From: Eledone cirrhosa
Lineage: Eukaryota
Direction: 5' to 3'
DNA: 56,000 bases
Assembly (NCBI GenBank): GCA_964016885.1
Contig: CAXHJY010000360.1
Location: 1 to 56,000 of the forward strand
In this document: in pieces, positions 37,001 through 52,000 of the stretch
Numbering within the stretch: position 1 is the first letter of the stretch
Layout: every line of letters begins with the position of its first letter
The notes under the pieces: model-generated
Told to the model about the DNA's origin: nothing
What the model saw: only the letters and a program-made list of their open reading frames with translations
The model's database searches: none
Position numbers and translations under genes: made by a program

Positions 37001-40000
37001 TATCCCCTTGGAAGGATGGAAATTATCTCCCCTTGGACGGCTGGAAATTATATCCCCTTGGAAGGATGGAAATTATCTCCCCTTGGACGGCTGGAAATTA
37101 TCTCCCCTTGGACGGCTGGAAATTATCTCCCCTTGGACGGCTGGATATTATCTCCCCTTTCATTTTTTTTACAAATTATCTCCCCCTGATTTTTTTTTAC
37201 AAATTATCTCCCCCTGATTTTTTTTTACAAATTATCTACCCCTGATTTTTTTTACAAATTATCTCCCCCTGATTTTTTTTACAAATTATCTCCCCCTGAT
37301 TTTTTTTTTTACAAATTATCTCCCCCTGATTTTTTTACAAATTATCTCCCCCTGATTTTTTTTACAAATTATCTCCGCCTGATTTTTTTGAATATTATCT
37401 TCCCTTGGCTGGCGGGAAATTATCTCCCCTTGGACGGCTGAAAATTATCTCCCCTTGGACGGCTGGAAATTATCTCCCCTTGATTTTTTTTACAAATTAT
37501 CTCCCCCTGATTTTTTTTTACAAATTATCTCCCCCTGATTTTTTTTTACAAATTATCTCCGCCTGATTTTTTTTTAAATTATCTCTCCTTGGACGGCTGG
37601 AAATTATCTCCCCTTGATTTTTTTTACAAATTATCTCCTGATTTTTTTTTACAAATTATCTCCCCCTGATTTTTTTTTACAAATTATCTACCCCTGATTT
37701 TTTTTTACAAATTATCTCCCCCTGATTTTTTTTACAAATTATCTCCCCCTGATTTTTTTTTACAAATTATCTCCGCCTGATTTTTTTTAAAATTATCTCT
37801 TCTTGGACGGCTGGAAATTATCTCCCCTTGATTTTTTTTACAAATTATCTCCCCCTGATTTTTTTTTACAAATTATCTCCCCCTGATTTTATTTTACAAA
37901 TTATCTACCCCTGATTTTTTTTTACAAATTATCTCCCCCTGATTTTTTTTGCAAATTATCTCACCCTGATTTTTTTTTACAAATTATCTCCCCCTGATTT
38001 TTTTTTACAAATTATCTCCCCCTGATTTTTTTTACAAATTATCTCCCCCTGATTTTTTTACAAATTATCTCCCCTTGGCTGGCTGGAAATTATCTCCCCT
38101 TGGAGGCTGGAATTTATCTCCCCTTGGACGGCTAGAAATTACCTCTCCTTGGACGGCTGGAAAATATGTCCTTGGACGGCTGGATATTATCTACCCTTGG
38201 ACGGCTGGAAATTATCTCCCCTTGGACGGCTAGAAATTACCTCTCCTTGGACGGCTGGAAAATATGTCCTTGGGCGGCTGGATATGATCTACCCTTGGAC
38301 GGCTGGAAATTATCTCCCGTTGGACGGCTGGAAATTATCTACCCTTGGACGGCTAGATATTACCTCCCCTTGGACGGCTGGAAATTATCTCCCCTTGATT
38401 TTTTTTACAAATTATCTCCCCCTGATTTTTTTTACAAATCTCCCAATGATTTTTTAAAAAAAATTATCTCCCCTTCGCTGGCTGGAAATTATCTCCCCTT
38501 GGACACTGGAAATTATAGCCCCTTGGAGGGCTGGAAATTATCTTCCCTTGGACGGCTGGAAATTATCTCCCCCTGATTATTTTTTACAAATTATCTCCCC
38601 CTGATTTTTTTTACAAATTATCTCCCCCTGATTTTTTTTGCAAATTATCTCCCCCTGATTTTTTTACAAATTATCTCCCCTTGGCTGGCTGGAAATTATC
38701 TCCCCTTGGAGGCTGGAATTTATCTCCCCTTGGACGGCTAGAAATTACCTCTCCTTGGACGGCTGGAAAATATGTCTCCTTGGACGGCTGGAAATTATCT
38801 CCCCTTGGACGGCTGGAAATTATCTCCCCTTGGACGGCTGGAAATTATCTCTCCTCGGACGGTTAGAAATTACCTCTCCTTGGACGGCTGAAAATTATCT
38901 CCCCTTGGACGGCTGGAAATTATCTCCCCTTGATTTTTTTTACAAATTATCTCCCCCTGATTTTTTTTTACAAATTATCTCCCCCTGATTTTTTTTACAA
39001 ATTATCTCCCCCTGATTTTTTTTTACAAATTATCTCCCTGATATTTTTTACAAATTATCTCCCCCTGATTTTTTTACAAATTATCTCCCCTTGGCTGGCT
39101 GGAAATTATCTCCCCTTGGAGGCTGGAATTAATCTCCCCTTGGACGGCTAGAAATTACCTCGCCTTGGACGGCTGGAAAATATGTCTCCTTGGACGGCTG
39201 GAAATTATCTCCCCTTGGACGGCTGGAAATTATCTCCCCTTGGACGGCTGGAAATTATCTCCCCTTGGACGGCTAGATATTACCTCCCCTTGGACGGCTG
39301 GAAATTATCTCCCCTTGATTTTTTTTACAAATTATCTCCCCCTGATTTTTTTTTACAAATTATCTCCCCCTGATTTTTTTTTACGAATTATCTCCCCCTG
39401 ATTTTTTTTTACAAATTATCTCCGCCTGATTTTTTAAAAAAAATTATCTCCCCTTGGACGGCTGGAAATTATCTCCCCTTGGACGGCTGGAAATTATCTC
39501 CCCTTGAACGGCTAGAAATTACCTCTCCTTGGACGGCTGAAAATTATCTCCCCTTGGACGGCTGCAAATTATCTCCCCTTGATTTTTTAAACAAATTATC
39601 TCCCCCTGATTTTTTTTTACAAATTATCTCCCCCTGATTTTTTTTTACAAATTATCTACGCCTAATTTTTTTTACAAATTATCTCCCCCTGATTTTTTTT
39701 TACAAATTATCTCCCCCTGATTTTGTTTACAAATTATCTCCCCCTGATTTTTTTTACAAATTATCTCCGCCTGATTTTTAAAAAAAATTATCTCCCCTTG
39801 GACGGCTGGAAATTATCTCCCCTTGGACGGCTGGAAATTATCTCCCCTTGGACGGCTAGAAATTACCTCTCCTTGGACGACTGAAAATTATCTCCCCTTG
39901 GACGGCTGCAAATTATCTCCCCTTGATTTTTTTTACAAATTATCTCCGCCTGATTTTTTTTTAAAAATTATCTCCCCTTGGACGGCTGGAAATTACCTCC

Positions 40001-43000
40001 CCTTGGACGGCTGGAAATTATCTCCCCTTGGACGGCTAGAAATTACCTCTCCTTGGACGGCTGAAAATTATCTCCCCTTGGACGGCTGGAAATTATCTCC
40101 CCTTGATTTTTTTTACAAATTATCTCCCCCTCATTTTTTTTTACAAATTAACTCCCCCTGATTTTTTTTTTACAAATTATCTCCGCCTCATTTTTTTTTA
40201 AAATTATCTCTCCTTGGACGGCTGGATATTATCTCCCCTTGATTTTTTTTACAAATTATCTCCCCCTGATTTTTTTTTACAAATTATCTCCCCCTGATTT
40301 TTTTTTACAAATTATCTACCCCTGATTTTTTTTTACAAATTATCTCCCCATGATTTTTTTTACAAATTATCTCCCCCTGATTTTTTTTACAAATTATCTC
40401 CCCCTGATTTTTTTACAAATTATCTCCCCCTGATTTTTTTTACAAATTATCTCCGCCTAATTTTTTTAAATATTATCTTCCCTTGGCTGGCGGGAAATTA
40501 TCTCCCCTTGGACGGCTGGAAATTATCTCCCCTTGAATTTTTTTACAAATTATCTCCCCCTGATTATTTTTTACAAATTATCTCCCCCTGATTTTTTTAC
40601 AAATTATCTCCCCCCTGATTTTTTTTACAATCTCCGCCTGATTTTTTTAAAAATTATCTTCCCTTGGCTGGCGGGAAATTATCTCCCCTTGGACGGCTGG
40701 AAATTATATCCCCTTGGAAGGATGGAAATTATCTCCCCTTGGACGGCTGGAAATTATATCCCCTTGGACGGCTGGAAATTATCTCCCCTTGGACGGCTGG
40801 ATATTATCTCCCCTTTCATTTTTTTTACAAATTATCTCCCCCTGATTTTTTTTTACAAATTATCTCCCCCTGATTTTTGTTTACAAATTATCTATCCCTG
40901 ATTTTTTTTTACAAATTATCTCCCCCTGATTTTTTTTACAAATTATCTCCCCCTGATTTTTTTTTTACAAATTATCTCCCCCTGATTTTTTTACAAATTA
41001 TCTCCCCCTGATTTTTTTTACAAATTATCTCCGCCTGATTTTTTTAAATATTATCTTCCCTTGGCTGGCGGGAAATTATCTCCCCTTGGACGGCTGAAAA
41101 TTATCTCCCCTTGGACGGCTGGAAATTATCTCCCCTTGATTTTTTTTACAAATTATCTCCCCCTGATTTTTTTTTACAAATTATCTCCCCCTGATTTTTT
41201 TTACAAATTATCTCCCCCTGATTTTTTTTTACAAATTATCTCCCTGATATTTTTTACAAATTATCTCCCCCTGATTTTTTTACAAATTATCTCCACTTGG
41301 CTAGCTGGAAATTATCTCCCCTTGGAGGCTGGAATTTATCTCCCCTTGGACGGCTAGAAATTACCTCGCCTTGGACGGCTGGAAAATATGTCTCCTTGGA
41401 CGGCTGGAAATTATCTCACCTTGGACGGCTGGAAATTATCTCTCCATGATTTTTTTTACAAATTATCTCCCCCTGATTTTTTTTTACAAATTATCTCCCC
41501 CTGATTTTGTTTACAAATTATCTCCCCCTGATTTTTTTTACAAATTATCTCCGCCTGATTTTTTAAAAAAAATTATCTCCCCTTGGACGGCTGGAAATTA
41601 TCTCCCCTTGGACGGCTGGCAATTATCTCCCCTTGGACGGCTAGAAATTACCTCTCCTTGGACGACTGAAAATTATCTCCCCTTGGACGGCTGCAAATTA
41701 TCTCCCCTTGATTTTTTTTACAAATTATCTCCGACTGATTTTTTTTTTAAAATTATCTCCCCTTGGACGGCTGGAAATTACCTCCCCTTGGACGGCTGGA
41801 AATTATCTCCCCTTGGACGGCTAGAAATTACCTCTCCTTGGACGGCTGAAAATTATCTCCCCTTGGACGGCTGGAAATTATCTCCCCTTGATTTTTTTTA
41901 CAAATTATCTCCCCCTGATTTTTTTTTACAAATTATCTCCCCCTGATTTTTTTTTACAAATTATCTACCCCTGATTTTTTTTTACAAATTATCTCCCCAT
42001 GAATTTTTTTACAAATTATCTCCCCCTGATTTTTTTTACAAATTATCTCCCCCTGATTTTTTTACAAATTATCTCCCCCTGATTTTTTTTACAAATTATC
42101 TCCGCCTAATTTTTTTAAATATTATCTTCCCTTGGCTGGCGGGAAATTATCTCCCCTTGGACGGCTGGAAATTATCTCCCCTTGATTTTTTTTACAAATT
42201 ATCTCCCCCTGAATATTTTTTACAAATTATCTCCCCCTGATTTTTTTTTACAAATTATCTCCCCCTGATTTTTTTACAAATTATCTCCCCCCTGATTTTT
42301 TTTACAATCTCCGCCTGATTTTTTTAAAAATTATCTTCCCTTGGCTGGCGGGAAATTATCTCCCCTTGGACGGCTGGAAATTATATCCCCTTGGAAGGAT
42401 GGAAATTATCTCCCCTTGGACGGCTGGAAATTATCTCCCCTTGGACGGCTGGAAATTATCTCCCCTTGGACGGCTGGATATTATCTCCCCTTTCATTTTT
42501 TTTACAAATTATCTCCCCCTGATTTTTTTTACAAATTATCTCCCCCTGATTTTTTTTTACAATTTATCTACCCCTGATTTTTTTTTACAAATTATCTCCC
42601 CCTGATTCTTTTTACAAATTATCTCCCCCTGATTTTTTTTTTACAAATTATCTCCCCCTGATTTTTTTACAAATTATCTCCCCCTGATTTTTTTTACAAA
42701 TTATCTCCGCCTGATTTTTTCAAATATTATCTTCCCTTGGCTGGCGGGAAATTATCTCCCCTTGGACGGCTGAAAATTATCTCCCCTTGGACGGCTGGAA
42801 ATTATCTCCCCTTGATTTTTTTACAAATTATCTCCCCCTGATTTTTTTTTACAAATTATCTCCCCCTGATTTTTTTTTACAAATTATCTCCCCCTGATTT
42901 TTTTTTACAAATTATCTCCCCCTGATTTTTTTTACAAATTATCTCCCCCTGATTTTTTTACAAATTATCTCCCCTTGGCTGGCTGGAAATTATCTCACCT

Positions 43001-46000
43001 TGGAGGCTGGAATTTATCTCCCCTTGGACGGCTAGAAATTACCTCTCCTTGGACGGCTGGAAAATATGTCCTTGGACGGCTGGATATTATCTACCCTTGG
43101 ACGGCTGGAAATTATCTCCCCTTGGACGGCTGGAAATTATCTCCCCTTGGACGGCTAGATATTACCTCCCCTTGGACGGCTGGAAATTATCTCCCCTTGA
43201 TTTTTTTTACAAATTATCTCCCCCTGATTTTTTTTACAAATCTCCCAATGATTTTTTAAAAAAAATTATCTCCCCTTCGCTGGCTGGAAATTATCTCCCC
43301 TTGGACGCTGGAAATTATAGCCCCTTGGAGGGCTGGAAATTATCTTCCCTTGGACGGCTGGAAATTATCTCCCCTTGATTTTTTTTACAAATTATCTCCC
43401 CCTGATTTTTTTTTACAAATTATCTCCCCCTGATTTTTTTTACAAATTATCTCCCCCTGATTTTTTTTACAAATTATCTCCCCCTGATTTTTTTACAAAT
43501 TATCTCCCCCTGATTTTTTTTACAAATTATCTCCGCCTAATTTTTTTAAATATTATCTTCCCTTGGCTGGCGGGAAATTATCTCCCCTTGGACGGCTGAA
43601 AATTATCTCCCCTTGGACGGCTGGAAATTATCTCCCCTTGATTTTTTTTACAAATTATCTCCCCCTGATTATTTTTTACAAATTATCTACCCCTGATTTT
43701 TTTTTACAAATTATCTCCCCCTGATTTTTTTTACAAATTATCTCCCCCTGATTTTTTTTACAAATTATCTCCCCTTGGCTGGCTGGAAATTATCTCCCCT
43801 TGGAGGCTGGAATTTATCTCCCCTTGGACGGCTAGGAATTACCTCTCCTTGGACGGCTGGAAAATATGTCTCCTTGGACGGCTGGAAATTATCTCCCCTT
43901 GGACGGCTGGAAATTATCTCCCCTTGGACGGCTGGAAATTATCTCTCCTTGGACGGCTAGAAATTACCTCTCCTTGGACGGCTGAAAATTATCTCCCCTT
44001 GGACGGCTGGAAATTATATCCCCTTGGAAGGATGGAAATTATCTCCCCTTGGACGGCTGGAAATTATATCCCCTTGGAAGGATGGAAATTATCTCCCCTT
44101 GGACGGCTGGAAATTATCTCCCCTTGGACGGCTGGAAATTATCTCCCCTTGGACGGCTGGATATTATCTCCCCTTTCATTTTTTTTACAAATTATCTCCC
44201 CCTGATTTTTTTTTACAAATTATCTCCCCCTGATTTTTTTTTACAAATTATCTACCCCTGATTTTTTTTACAAATTATCTCCCCCTGATTTTTTTTACAA
44301 ATTATCTCCCCCTGATTTTTTTTTTACAAATTATCTCCCCCTGATTTTTTTACAAATTATCTCCCCCTGATTTTTTTTACAAATTATCTCCGCCTGATTT
44401 TTTTGAATATTATCTTCCCTTGGCTGGCGGGAAATTATCTCCCCTTGGACGGCTGAAAATTATCTCCCCTTGGACGGCTGGAAATTATCTCCCCTTGATT
44501 TTTTTTACAAATTATCTCCCCCTGATTTTTTTTTACAAATTATCTCCCCCTGATTTTTTTTTACAAATTATCTCCGCCTGATTTTTTTTTAAATTATCTC
44601 TCCTTGGACGGCTGGAAATTATCTCCCCTTGATTTTTTTTACAAATTATCTCCTCCTGATTTTTTTTTACAAATTATCTCCCCCTGATTTTTTTTTACAA
44701 ATTATCTACCCCTGATTTTTTTTTACAAATTATCTCCCCCTGATTTTTTTTACAAATTATCTCCCCCTGATTTTTTTTTACAAATTATCTCCGCCTGATT
44801 TTTTTTTAAATTATCTCTTCTTGGACGGCTGGAAATTATCTCCCCTTGATTTTTTTTACAAATTATCTCCCCCTGATTTTTTTTTACAAATTATCTCCCC
44901 CTGATTTTTTTTTACAAATTATCTACCCCTGATTTTTTTTTACAAATTATCTCCCCCTGATTTTTTTTGCAAATTATCTCACCCTGATTTTTTTTTACAA
45001 ATTATCTCCCCCTGATTTTTTTTTACAAATTATCTCCCCCTGATTTTTTTTACAAATTATCTCCCCCTGATTTTTTTACAAATTATCTCCCCTTGGCTGG
45101 CTGGAAATTATCTCCCCTTGGAGGCTGGAATTTATCTCCCCTTGGACGGCTAGAAATTACCTCTCCTTGGACGGCTGGAAAATATGTCCTTGGACGGCTG
45201 GATATTATCTACCCTTGGACGGCTGGAAATTATCTCCCCTTGGACGGCTAGAAATTACCTCTCCTTGGACGGCTGGAAAATATGTCCTTGGGCGGCTGGA
45301 TATGATCTACCCTTGGACGGCTGGAAATTATCTCCCGTTGGACGGCTGGAAATTATCTACCCTTGGACGGCTAGATATTACCTCCCCTTGGACGGCTGGA
45401 AATTATCTCCCCTTGATTTTTTTTACAAATTATCTCCCCCTGATTTTTTTTACAAATCTCCCAATGATTTTTTAAAAAAAATTATCTCCCCTTCGCTGGC
45501 TGGAAATTATCTCCCCTTGGACACTGGAAATTATAGCCCCTTGGAGGGCTGGAAATTATCTTCCCTTGGACGGCTGGAAATTATCTCCCCCTGATTATTT
45601 TTTACAAATTATCTCCCCCTGATTTTTTTTACAAATTATCTCCCCCTGATTTTTTTTGCAAATTATCTCCCCCTGATTTTTTACAAATTATCTCCCCTTG
45701 GCTGGCTGGAAATTATCTCCCCTTGGAGGCTGGAATTTATCTCCCCTTGGACGGCTAGAAATTACCTCTCCTTGGACGGCTGGAAAATATGTCTCCTTGG
45801 ACGGCTGGAAATTATCTCCCCTTGGACGGCTGGAAATTATCTCCCCTTGGACGGCTGGAAATTATCTCTCCTCGGACGGTTAGAAATTACCTCTCCTTGG
45901 ACGGCTGAAAATTATCTCCCCTTGGACGGCTGGAAATTATCTCCCCTTGATTTTTTTTACAAATTATCTCCCCCTGATTTTTTTTTACAAATTATCTCCC

Positions 46001-49000
46001 CCTGATTTTTTTTACAAATTATCTCCCCCTGATTTTTTTTTACAAATTATCTCCCTGATATTTTTTACAAATTATCTCCCCCTGATTTTTTTACAAATTA
46101 TCTCCCCTTGGCTGGCTGGAAATTATCTCCCCTTGGAGGCTGGAATTAATCTCCCCTTGGACGGCTAGAAATTACCTCGCCTTGGACGGCTGGAAAATAT
46201 GTCTCCTTGGACGGCTGGAAATTATCTCCCCTTGGACGGCTGGAAATTATCTCCCCTTGGACGGCTGGAAATTATCTCCCCTTGGACGGCTAGATATTAC
46301 CTCCCCTTGGACGGCTGGAAATTATCTCCCCTTGATTTTTTTTACAAATTATCTCCCCCTGATTTTTTTTTTACAAATTATCTCCCCCTGATTTTTTTTT
46401 ACGAATTATCTCCCCCTGATTTTTTTTTACAAATTATCTCCGCCTGATTTTTTAAAAAAAATTATCTCCCCTTGGACGGCTGGAAATTATCTCCCCTTGG
46501 ACGGCTGGAAATTATCTCCCCTTGAACGGCTAGAAATTACCTCTCCTTGGACGGCTGAAAATTATCTCCCCTTGGACGGCTGCAAATTATCTCCCCTTGA
46601 TTTTTTAAACAAATTATCTCCCCCTGATTTTTTTTTACAAATTATCTCCCCCTGATTTTTTTTTACAAATTATCTACGCCTAATTTTTTTTACAAATTAT
46701 CTCCCCCTGATTTTTTTTTACAAATTATCTCCCCCTGATTTTGTTTACAAATTATCTCCCCCTGATTTTTTTTACAAATTATCTCCGCCTGATTTTTTAA
46801 AAAAAATTATCTCCCCTTGGACGGCTGGAAATTATCTCCCCTTGGACGGCTGGAAATTATCTCCCCTTGGACGGCTAGAAATTACCTCTCCTTGGACGAC
46901 TGAAAATTATCTCCCCTTGGACGGCTGCAAATTATCTCCCCTTGATTTTTTTTACAAATTATCTCCGCCTGATTTTTTTTTAAAAATTATCTCCCCTTGG
47001 ACGGCTGGAAATTACCTCCCCTTGGACGGCTGGAAATTATCTCCCCTTGGACGGCTAGAAATTACCTCTCCTTGGACGGCTGAAAATTATCTCCCCTTGG
47101 ACGGCTGGAAATTATCTCCCCTTGATTTTTTTTACAAATTATCTCCCCCTCATTTTTTTTTACAAATTAACTCCCCCTGATTTTTTTTTTACAAATTATC
47201 TCCGCCTCATTTTTTTTTTAAATTATCTCTCCTTGGACGGCTGGATATTATCTCCCCTTGATTTTTTTTACAAATTATCTCCCCCTGATTTTTTTTTACA
47301 AATTATCTCCCCCTGATTTTTTTTTACAAATTATCTACCCCTGATTTTTTTTTACAAATTATCTCCCCATGATTTTTTTTACAAATTATCTCCCCCTGAT
47401 TTTTTTTACAAATTATCTCCCCCTGATTTTTTTACAAATTATCTCCCCCTGATTTTTTTTACAAATTATCTCCGCCTAATTTTTTTAAATATTATCTTCC
47501 CTTGGCTGGCGGGAAATTATCTCCCCTTGGACGGCTGGAAATTATCTCCCCTTGAATTTTTTTACAAATTATCTCCCCCTGATTATTTTTTACAAATTAT
47601 CTCCCCCTGATTTTTTTACAAATTATCTCCCCCCTGATTTTTTTTACAATCTCCGCCTGATTTTTTTAAAAATTATCTTCCCTTGGCTGGCGGGAAATTA
47701 TCTCCCCTTGGACGGCTGGAAATTATATCCCCTTGGAAGGATGGAAATTATCTCCCCTTGGACGGCTGGAAATTATATCCCCTTGGACGGCTGGAAATTA
47801 TCTCCCCTTGGACGGCTGGATATTATCTCCCCTTTCATTTTTTTTACAAATTATCTCCCCCTGATTTTTTTTTACAAATTATCTCCCCCTGATTTTTGTT
47901 TACAAATTATCTATCCCTGATTTTTTTTTACAAATTATCTCCCCCTGATTTTTTTTACAAATTATCTCCCCCTGATTTTTTTTTTACAAATTATCTCCCC
48001 CTGATTTTTTTACAAATTATCTCCCCCTGATTTTTTTTACAAATTATCTCCGCCTGATTTTTTTAAATATTATCTTCCCTTGGCTGGCGGGAAATTATCT
48101 CCCCTTGGACGGCTGAAAATTATCTCCCCTTGGACGGCTGGAAATTATCTCCCCTTGATTTTTTTTACAAATTATCTCCCCCTGATTTTTTTTTACAAAT
48201 TATCTCCCCCTGATTTTTTTTACAAATTATCTCCCCCTGATTTTTTTTTACAAATTATCTCCCTGATATTTTTTACAAATTATCTCCCCCTGATTTTTTT
48301 ACAAATTATCTCCACTTGGCTAGCTGGAAATTATCTCCCCTTGGAGGCTGGAATTTATCTCCCCTTGGACGGCTAGAAATTACCTCGCCTTGGACGGCTG
48401 GAAAATATGTCTCCTTGGACGGCTGGAAATTATCTCACCTTGGACGGCTGGAAATTATCTCTCCATGATTTTTTTTACAAATTATCTCCCCCTGATTTTT
48501 TTTTACAAATTATCTCCCCCTGATTTTGTTTACAAATTATCTCCCCCTGATTTTTTTTACAAATTATCTCCGCCTGATTTTTTAAAAAAAATTATCTCCC
48601 CTTGGACGGCTGGAAATTATCTCCCCTTGGACGGCTGGCAATTATCTCCCCTTGGACGGCTAGAAATTACCTCTCCTTGGACGACTGAAAATTATCTCCC
48701 CTTGGACGGCTGCAAATTATCTCCCCTTGATTTTTTTTACAAATTATCTCCGACTGATTTTTTTTTTAAAATTATCTCCCCTTGGACGGCTGGAAATTAC
48801 CTCCCCTTGGACGGCTGGAAATTATCTCCCCTTGGACGGCTAGAAATTACCTCTCCTTGGACGGCTGAAAATTATCTCCCCTTGGACGGCTGGAAATTAT
48901 CTCCCCTTGATTTTTTTTACAAATTATCTCCCCCTGATTTTTTTTTACAAATTATCTCCCCCTGATTTTTTTTTACAAATTATCTACCCCTGATTTTTTT

Positions 49001-52000
49001 TTACAAATTATCTCCCCATGAATTTTTTTACAAATTATCTCCCCCTGATTTTTTTTACAAATTATCTCCCCCTGATTTTTTTACAAATTATCTCCCCCTG
49101 ATTTTTTTTACAAATTATCTCCGCCTAATTTTTTTAAATATTATCTTCCCTTGGCTGGCGGGAAATTATCTCCCCTTGGACGGCTGGAAATTATCTCCCC
49201 TTGATTTTTTTTACAAATTATCTCCCCCTGAATATTTTTTACAAATTATCTCCCCCTGATTTTTTTTTACAAATTATCTCCCCCTGATTTTTTTACAAAT
49301 TATCTCCCCCCTGATTTTTTTTACAATCTCCGCCTGATTTTTTTAAAAATTATCTTCCCTTGGCTGGCGGGAAATTATCTCCCCTTGGACGGCTGGAAAT
49401 TATATCCCCTTGGAAGGATGGAAATTATCTCCCCTTGGACGGCTGGAAATTATCTCCCCTTGGACGGCTGGAAATTATCTCCCCTTGGACGGCTGGATAT
49501 TATCTCCCCTTTCATTTTTTTTACAAATTATCTCCCCCTGATTTTTTTTACAAATTATCTCCCCCTGATTTTTTTTTACAATTTATCTACCCCTGATTTT
49601 TTTTTACAAATTATCTCCCCCTGATTCTTTTTACAAATTATCTCCCCCTGATTTTTTTTTTACAAATTATCTCCCCCTGATTTTTTTACAAATTATCTCC
49701 CCCTGATTTTTTTTACAAATTATCTCCGCCTGATTTTTTCAAATATTATCTTCCCTTGGCTGGCGGGAAATTATCTCCCCTTGGACGGCTGAAAATTATC
49801 TCCCCTTGGACGGCTGGAAATTATCTCCCCTTGATTTTTTTACAAATTATCTCCCCCTGATTTTTTTTTACAAATTATCTCCCCCTGATTTTTTTTTACA
49901 AATTATCTCCCCCTGATTTTTTTTTACAAATTATCTCCCCCTGATTTTTTTTACAAATTATCTCCCCCTGATTTTTTTACAAATTATCTCCCCTTGGCTG
50001 GCTGGAAGTATCTCACCTTGGAGGCTGGAATTTATCTCCCCTTGGACGGCTAGAAATTACCTCTCCTTGGACGGCTGGAAAATATGTCCTTGGACGGCTG
50101 GATATTATCTACCCTTGGACGGCTGGAAATTATCTCCCCTTGGACGGCTGGAAATTATCTCCCCTTGGACGGCTAGATATTACCTCCCCTTGGACGGCTG
50201 GAAATTATCTCCCCTTGATTTTTTTTACAAATTATCTCCCCCTGATTTTTTTTACAAATCTCCCAATGATTTTTTAAAAAAAATTATCTCCCCTTCGCTG
50301 GCTGGAAATTATCTCCCCTTGGACGCTGGAAATTATAGCCCCTTGGAGGGCTGGAAATTATCTTCCCTTGGACGGCTGGAAATTATCTCCCCTTGATTTT
50401 TTTTACAAATTATCTCCCCCTGATTTTTTTTTACAAATTATCTCCCCCTGATTTTTTTTACAAATTATCTCCCCCTGATTTTTTTTACAAATTATCTCCC
50501 CCTGATTTTTTTACAAATTATCTCCCCCTGATTTTTTTTACAAATTATCTCCGCCTAATTTTTTTAAATATTATCTTCCCTTGGCTGGCGGGAAATTATC
50601 TCCCCTTGGACGGCTGAAAATTATCTCCCCTTGGACGGCTGGAAATTATCTCCCCTTGATTTTTTTTACAAATTATCTCCCCCTGATTATTTTTTACAAA
50701 TTATCTACCCCTGATTTTTTTTTACAAATTATCTCCCCCTGATTTTTTTTACAAATTATCTCCCCCTGATTTTTTTTACAAATTATCTCCCCTTGGCTGG
50801 CTGGAAATTATCTCCCCTTGGAGGCTGGAATTTATCTCCCCTTGGACGGCTAGGAATTACCTCTCCTTGGACGGCTGGAAAATATGTCTCCTTGGACGGC
50901 TGGAAATTATCTCCCCTTGGACGGCTGGAAATTATCTCCCCTTGGACGGCTGGAAATTATCTCTCCTTGGACGGCTAGAAATTACCTCTCCTTGGACGGC
51001 TGAAAATTATCTCCCCTTGGACGGCTGGAAATTATATCCCCTTGGAAGGATGGAAATTATCTCCCCTTGGACGGCTGGAAATTATATCCCCTTGGAAGGA
51101 TGGAAATTATCTCCCCTTGGACGGCTGGAAATTATCTCCCCTTGGACGGCTGGAAATTATCTCCCCTTGGACGGCTGGATATTATCTCCCCTTTCATTTT
51201 TTTTACAAATTATCTCCCCCTGATTTTTTTTTACAAATTATCTCCCCCTGATTTTTTTTTACAAATTATCTACCCCTGATTTTTTTTACAAATTATCTCC
51301 CCCTGATTTTTTTTACAAATTATCTCCCCCTGATTTTTTTTTTACAAATTATCTTCCCCTGATTTTTTTACAAATTATCTCCCCCTGATTTTTTTTACAA
51401 ATTATCTCCGCCTGATTTTTTTGAATATTATCTTCCCTTGGCTGGCGGGAAATTATCTCCCCTTGGACGGCTGAAAATTATCTCCCCTTGGACGGCTGGA
51501 AATTATCTCCCCTTGATTTTTTTTACAAATTATCTCCCCCTGATTTTTTTTTACAAATTATCTCCCCCTGATTTTTTTTTACAAATTATCTCCGCCTGAT
51601 TTTTTTTTAAATTATCTCTCCTTGGACGGCTGGAAATTATCTCCCCTTGATTTTTTTACAAATTATCTCCTCCTGATTTTTTTTTACAAATTATCTCCCC
51701 CTGATTTTTTTTTACAAATTATCTACCCCTGATTTTTTTTTACAAATTATCTCCCCCTGATTTTTTTTACAAATTATCTCCCCCTGATTTTTTTTTACAA
51801 ATTATCTCCGCCTGATTTTTTTTTAAATTATCTCTTCTTGGACGGCTGGAAATTATCTCCCCTTGATTTTTTTTACAAATTATCTCCCCCTGATTTTTTT
51901 TTACAAATTATCTCCCCCTGATTTTTTTTTACAAATTATCTACCCCTGATTTTTTTTTACAAATTATCTCCCCCTGATTTTTTTTGCAAATTATCTCACC

